A stretch of 38,098 nt of DNA from IMG/VR virus record IMGVR_UViG_2061766007_000025; one strand, written 5' to 3'. A model generated the notes under the pieces. That model was not told where the DNA came from, did not search any database, and saw nothing but the letters and a program-made list of their open reading frames with translations. Shown here in pieces: positions 36,457 through 38,098 of the stretch (the stretch's first letter is position 1; each line of letters starts with the position of its first letter). The position numbers were made by a program, and so were the translations under genes. The DNA is from an uncultured virus (IMG/VR IMGVR_UViG_2061766007_000025). Its lineage: Duplodnaviria; Heunggongvirae; Uroviricota; Caudoviricetes.

Positions 36457-38098
36457 ATGAGCGATAATACACATAATGGTATATTCCTATCTAATAGCGA
36501 TGGTACTGTAGAAGAATATGCTAATAGTGGTGGTGGTGGCGGGGCTTCTATTCCTATTGATGTTAGCGATCCTGCTGCAGATCAGGTGTTACAATATGAT
36601 AGCATACAAGGTAAATGGTGTAACGGAAAGAAACTTCCATTTGATCTTGGAAAAGAGAATGGGAATTTTGGATATTATAATGATAATTCTGAATTCGTGT
36701 CTTTTAAATCGCAAGCCGATATAGACGCTGCGGTAGCGGCTGCGAAAGTCGGAGATGCCGTAGCAGCAAATGTATTATCAGGNNNNNNNNNNCAATTTGC
36801 TGATGGTTCTGCAGTAGTATATAATAATGAAATATATATATTAGGTAGTAATAATACTAATAATACTGCTAATAGAACTAACCATTATAGATGGAACGGT
36901 ACTACATGGACATCTGTATCTACATTACCGTATAGCTTCTATGCGGGTTCTGCAGTAGTATATAATAATGAAATACATATAATGGGTGGTAATAGTAGTA
37001 ATAGCAATCAAACTAAGCATTATAAATGGAATAGTACATCATGGGTTAGAATAGTGCAAAATAAATTATATTCACCAAGCACAAATAGATTAACTATTCC
37101 GATGCCCTATAGCTTCTATCGAGGTTCTGCAGTAATATATAATAACGAAATACATATATTAGGTACTGATTATTATGTTTTTTCTGCTAACCATTATAAA
37201 TATGATGGTGCATGGACAGAAGTATCTACATTACCCTATGGCTTCTATCGAGGTTCTGCAGTAATATATAATAATGAGATACATATACTTGGTGGTAGTG
37301 GTGGTGATACTGCTCATTATAAATGGAATGGTAGTACATGGACATCTGTATCTACATTACCATANNNNNNNNNNTAATGAAAGTACTAGTGGTATAACAG
37401 GTAGTATGACAGATAATGGAGCTATAGAAGAAACTATTACTCCTAGTGCTACTATAGATCAATCATATACAATACCAGTAGGATATCATAATGGTAGTGG
37501 TACTATTTCTGTACCAAAGGTAGACAAAGATACCGGTATGACAGCAGCTGGATTTACATATACTACTGATATGGATGATCTTCCATATAACTTCTATTAT
37601 GGTTCAGTAGTAATATATAATAATGAGATACATATACTAGGCGGTGGTAATAGTAGTAATTATACTGCTCATTATAAATGGAATGGTACTACATGGATAT
37701 CTGTATCTACATTACCATATAACTTTGCACAGGGTTCTGCTGTAGTATATAATAATGAAATACATATACTGGGTGGTAGTTATGGTTCTGCTAAACATTA
37801 TAAATGGGACGGTACATCATGGTCAGAAGTATCTGCATTACCAGATATATTCAATTATGGTTCTGCTGTAGTATATAATAACGAAATACATATACTTGGC
37901 GGTAGTAATACTAGAACTAACCATTATAAATGGAATGGTACTACATGGACATCTGTATCTACATTACCATATCAATTTTCTAGTGGTTCTGCTGTAGTAT
38001 ATAATAATGAAATGCATATAATGGGTAGTACTTATGATAACACTAAGCATTATAAATGGAATGGTAGTACATGGACATCTGTATCTACATTACCATAT
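36457..38098 (+). CDS. fibre/adhesin with Kelch-like beta-propeller repeats (two N gaps; runs off the window)
   Basis: N-terminal QVLQYD….W.N and GDAVAANVLSG fibre motifs. After the second gap, a frame from 37376 reads NESTSGITGSMTDNG…YTIPVGYHNGSG. At least 8 repeats of GSAVVYNNEIHILG-x-HYKWNGxxWTSVSTLPY. Confidence 0.75.
36793..38098 (+). repeat. Kelch-like coding repeats of roughly 125-140 bp (8 visible units)
   Basis: GGTTCTGCAGTAGTATATAATAATGAAATACATATA…CATTATAAATGGAATGG…GTATCTACATTACC recurring at about 36793, 36934, 37111, 37240, 37589, 37721, 37847 and 37973. Confidence 0.9.

Noticed and set aside
1..38098. Stop-codon reassignment (TAG or TGA read as sense)
   Set aside because: Long conserved genes are uninterrupted in the standard code, and several end in TAG or TGA at sensible positions; the one internal TAG is in a degenerate remnant.
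36793..38098. CRISPR array
   Set aside because: Repeats are long, in-frame, degenerate at third codon positions and encode Kelch-like blades; no cas genes.

Overview
AT-rich segment of a jumbo myovirus genome with AR9/PBS1/phiKZ-like gene content. The host is probably a Firmicute, inferred from GGAGG ribosome-binding sites and Clostridia-like accessory genes. Left arm (minus strand): NAD-dependent DNA ligase (truncated by the window edge), the C-terminal-half beta subunit of a multisubunit phage RNA polymerase split by an ORF-less group I intron, translation initiation factor IF-1, RecA/UvsX, an HTH protein and hypotheticals. Centre (plus strand): a late morphogenesis block with tail sheath, tail tube, portal, a holin-like protein, the terminase large subunit split by a second, related group I intron carrying a NUMOD4-HNH homing endonuclease, Mtd_N-domain and other fibre/decoration proteins, and a tail fibre with a higher-GC imported part, followed by a tRNA-like RNA. 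Right arm: small minus-strand, probably early, genes (some decayed) and a Kelch-repeat fibre protein broken by two scaffold gaps. Most notable: (i) in both introns the internal guide sequence pairs with ligated exons that restore conserved protein motifs, but neither junction fits the canonical U|intron...G| rule; (ii) an AR9-type AACA-N6-TA late promoter precedes most late units; (iii) a VK[CY]PISFI motif is shared by the ligase and the RNAP; (iv) a 9-codon ORF with its own promoter and terminator follows terL; (v) the Kelch repeats have hypervariable loops. All product calls come from motif recognition by eye, not database searches.
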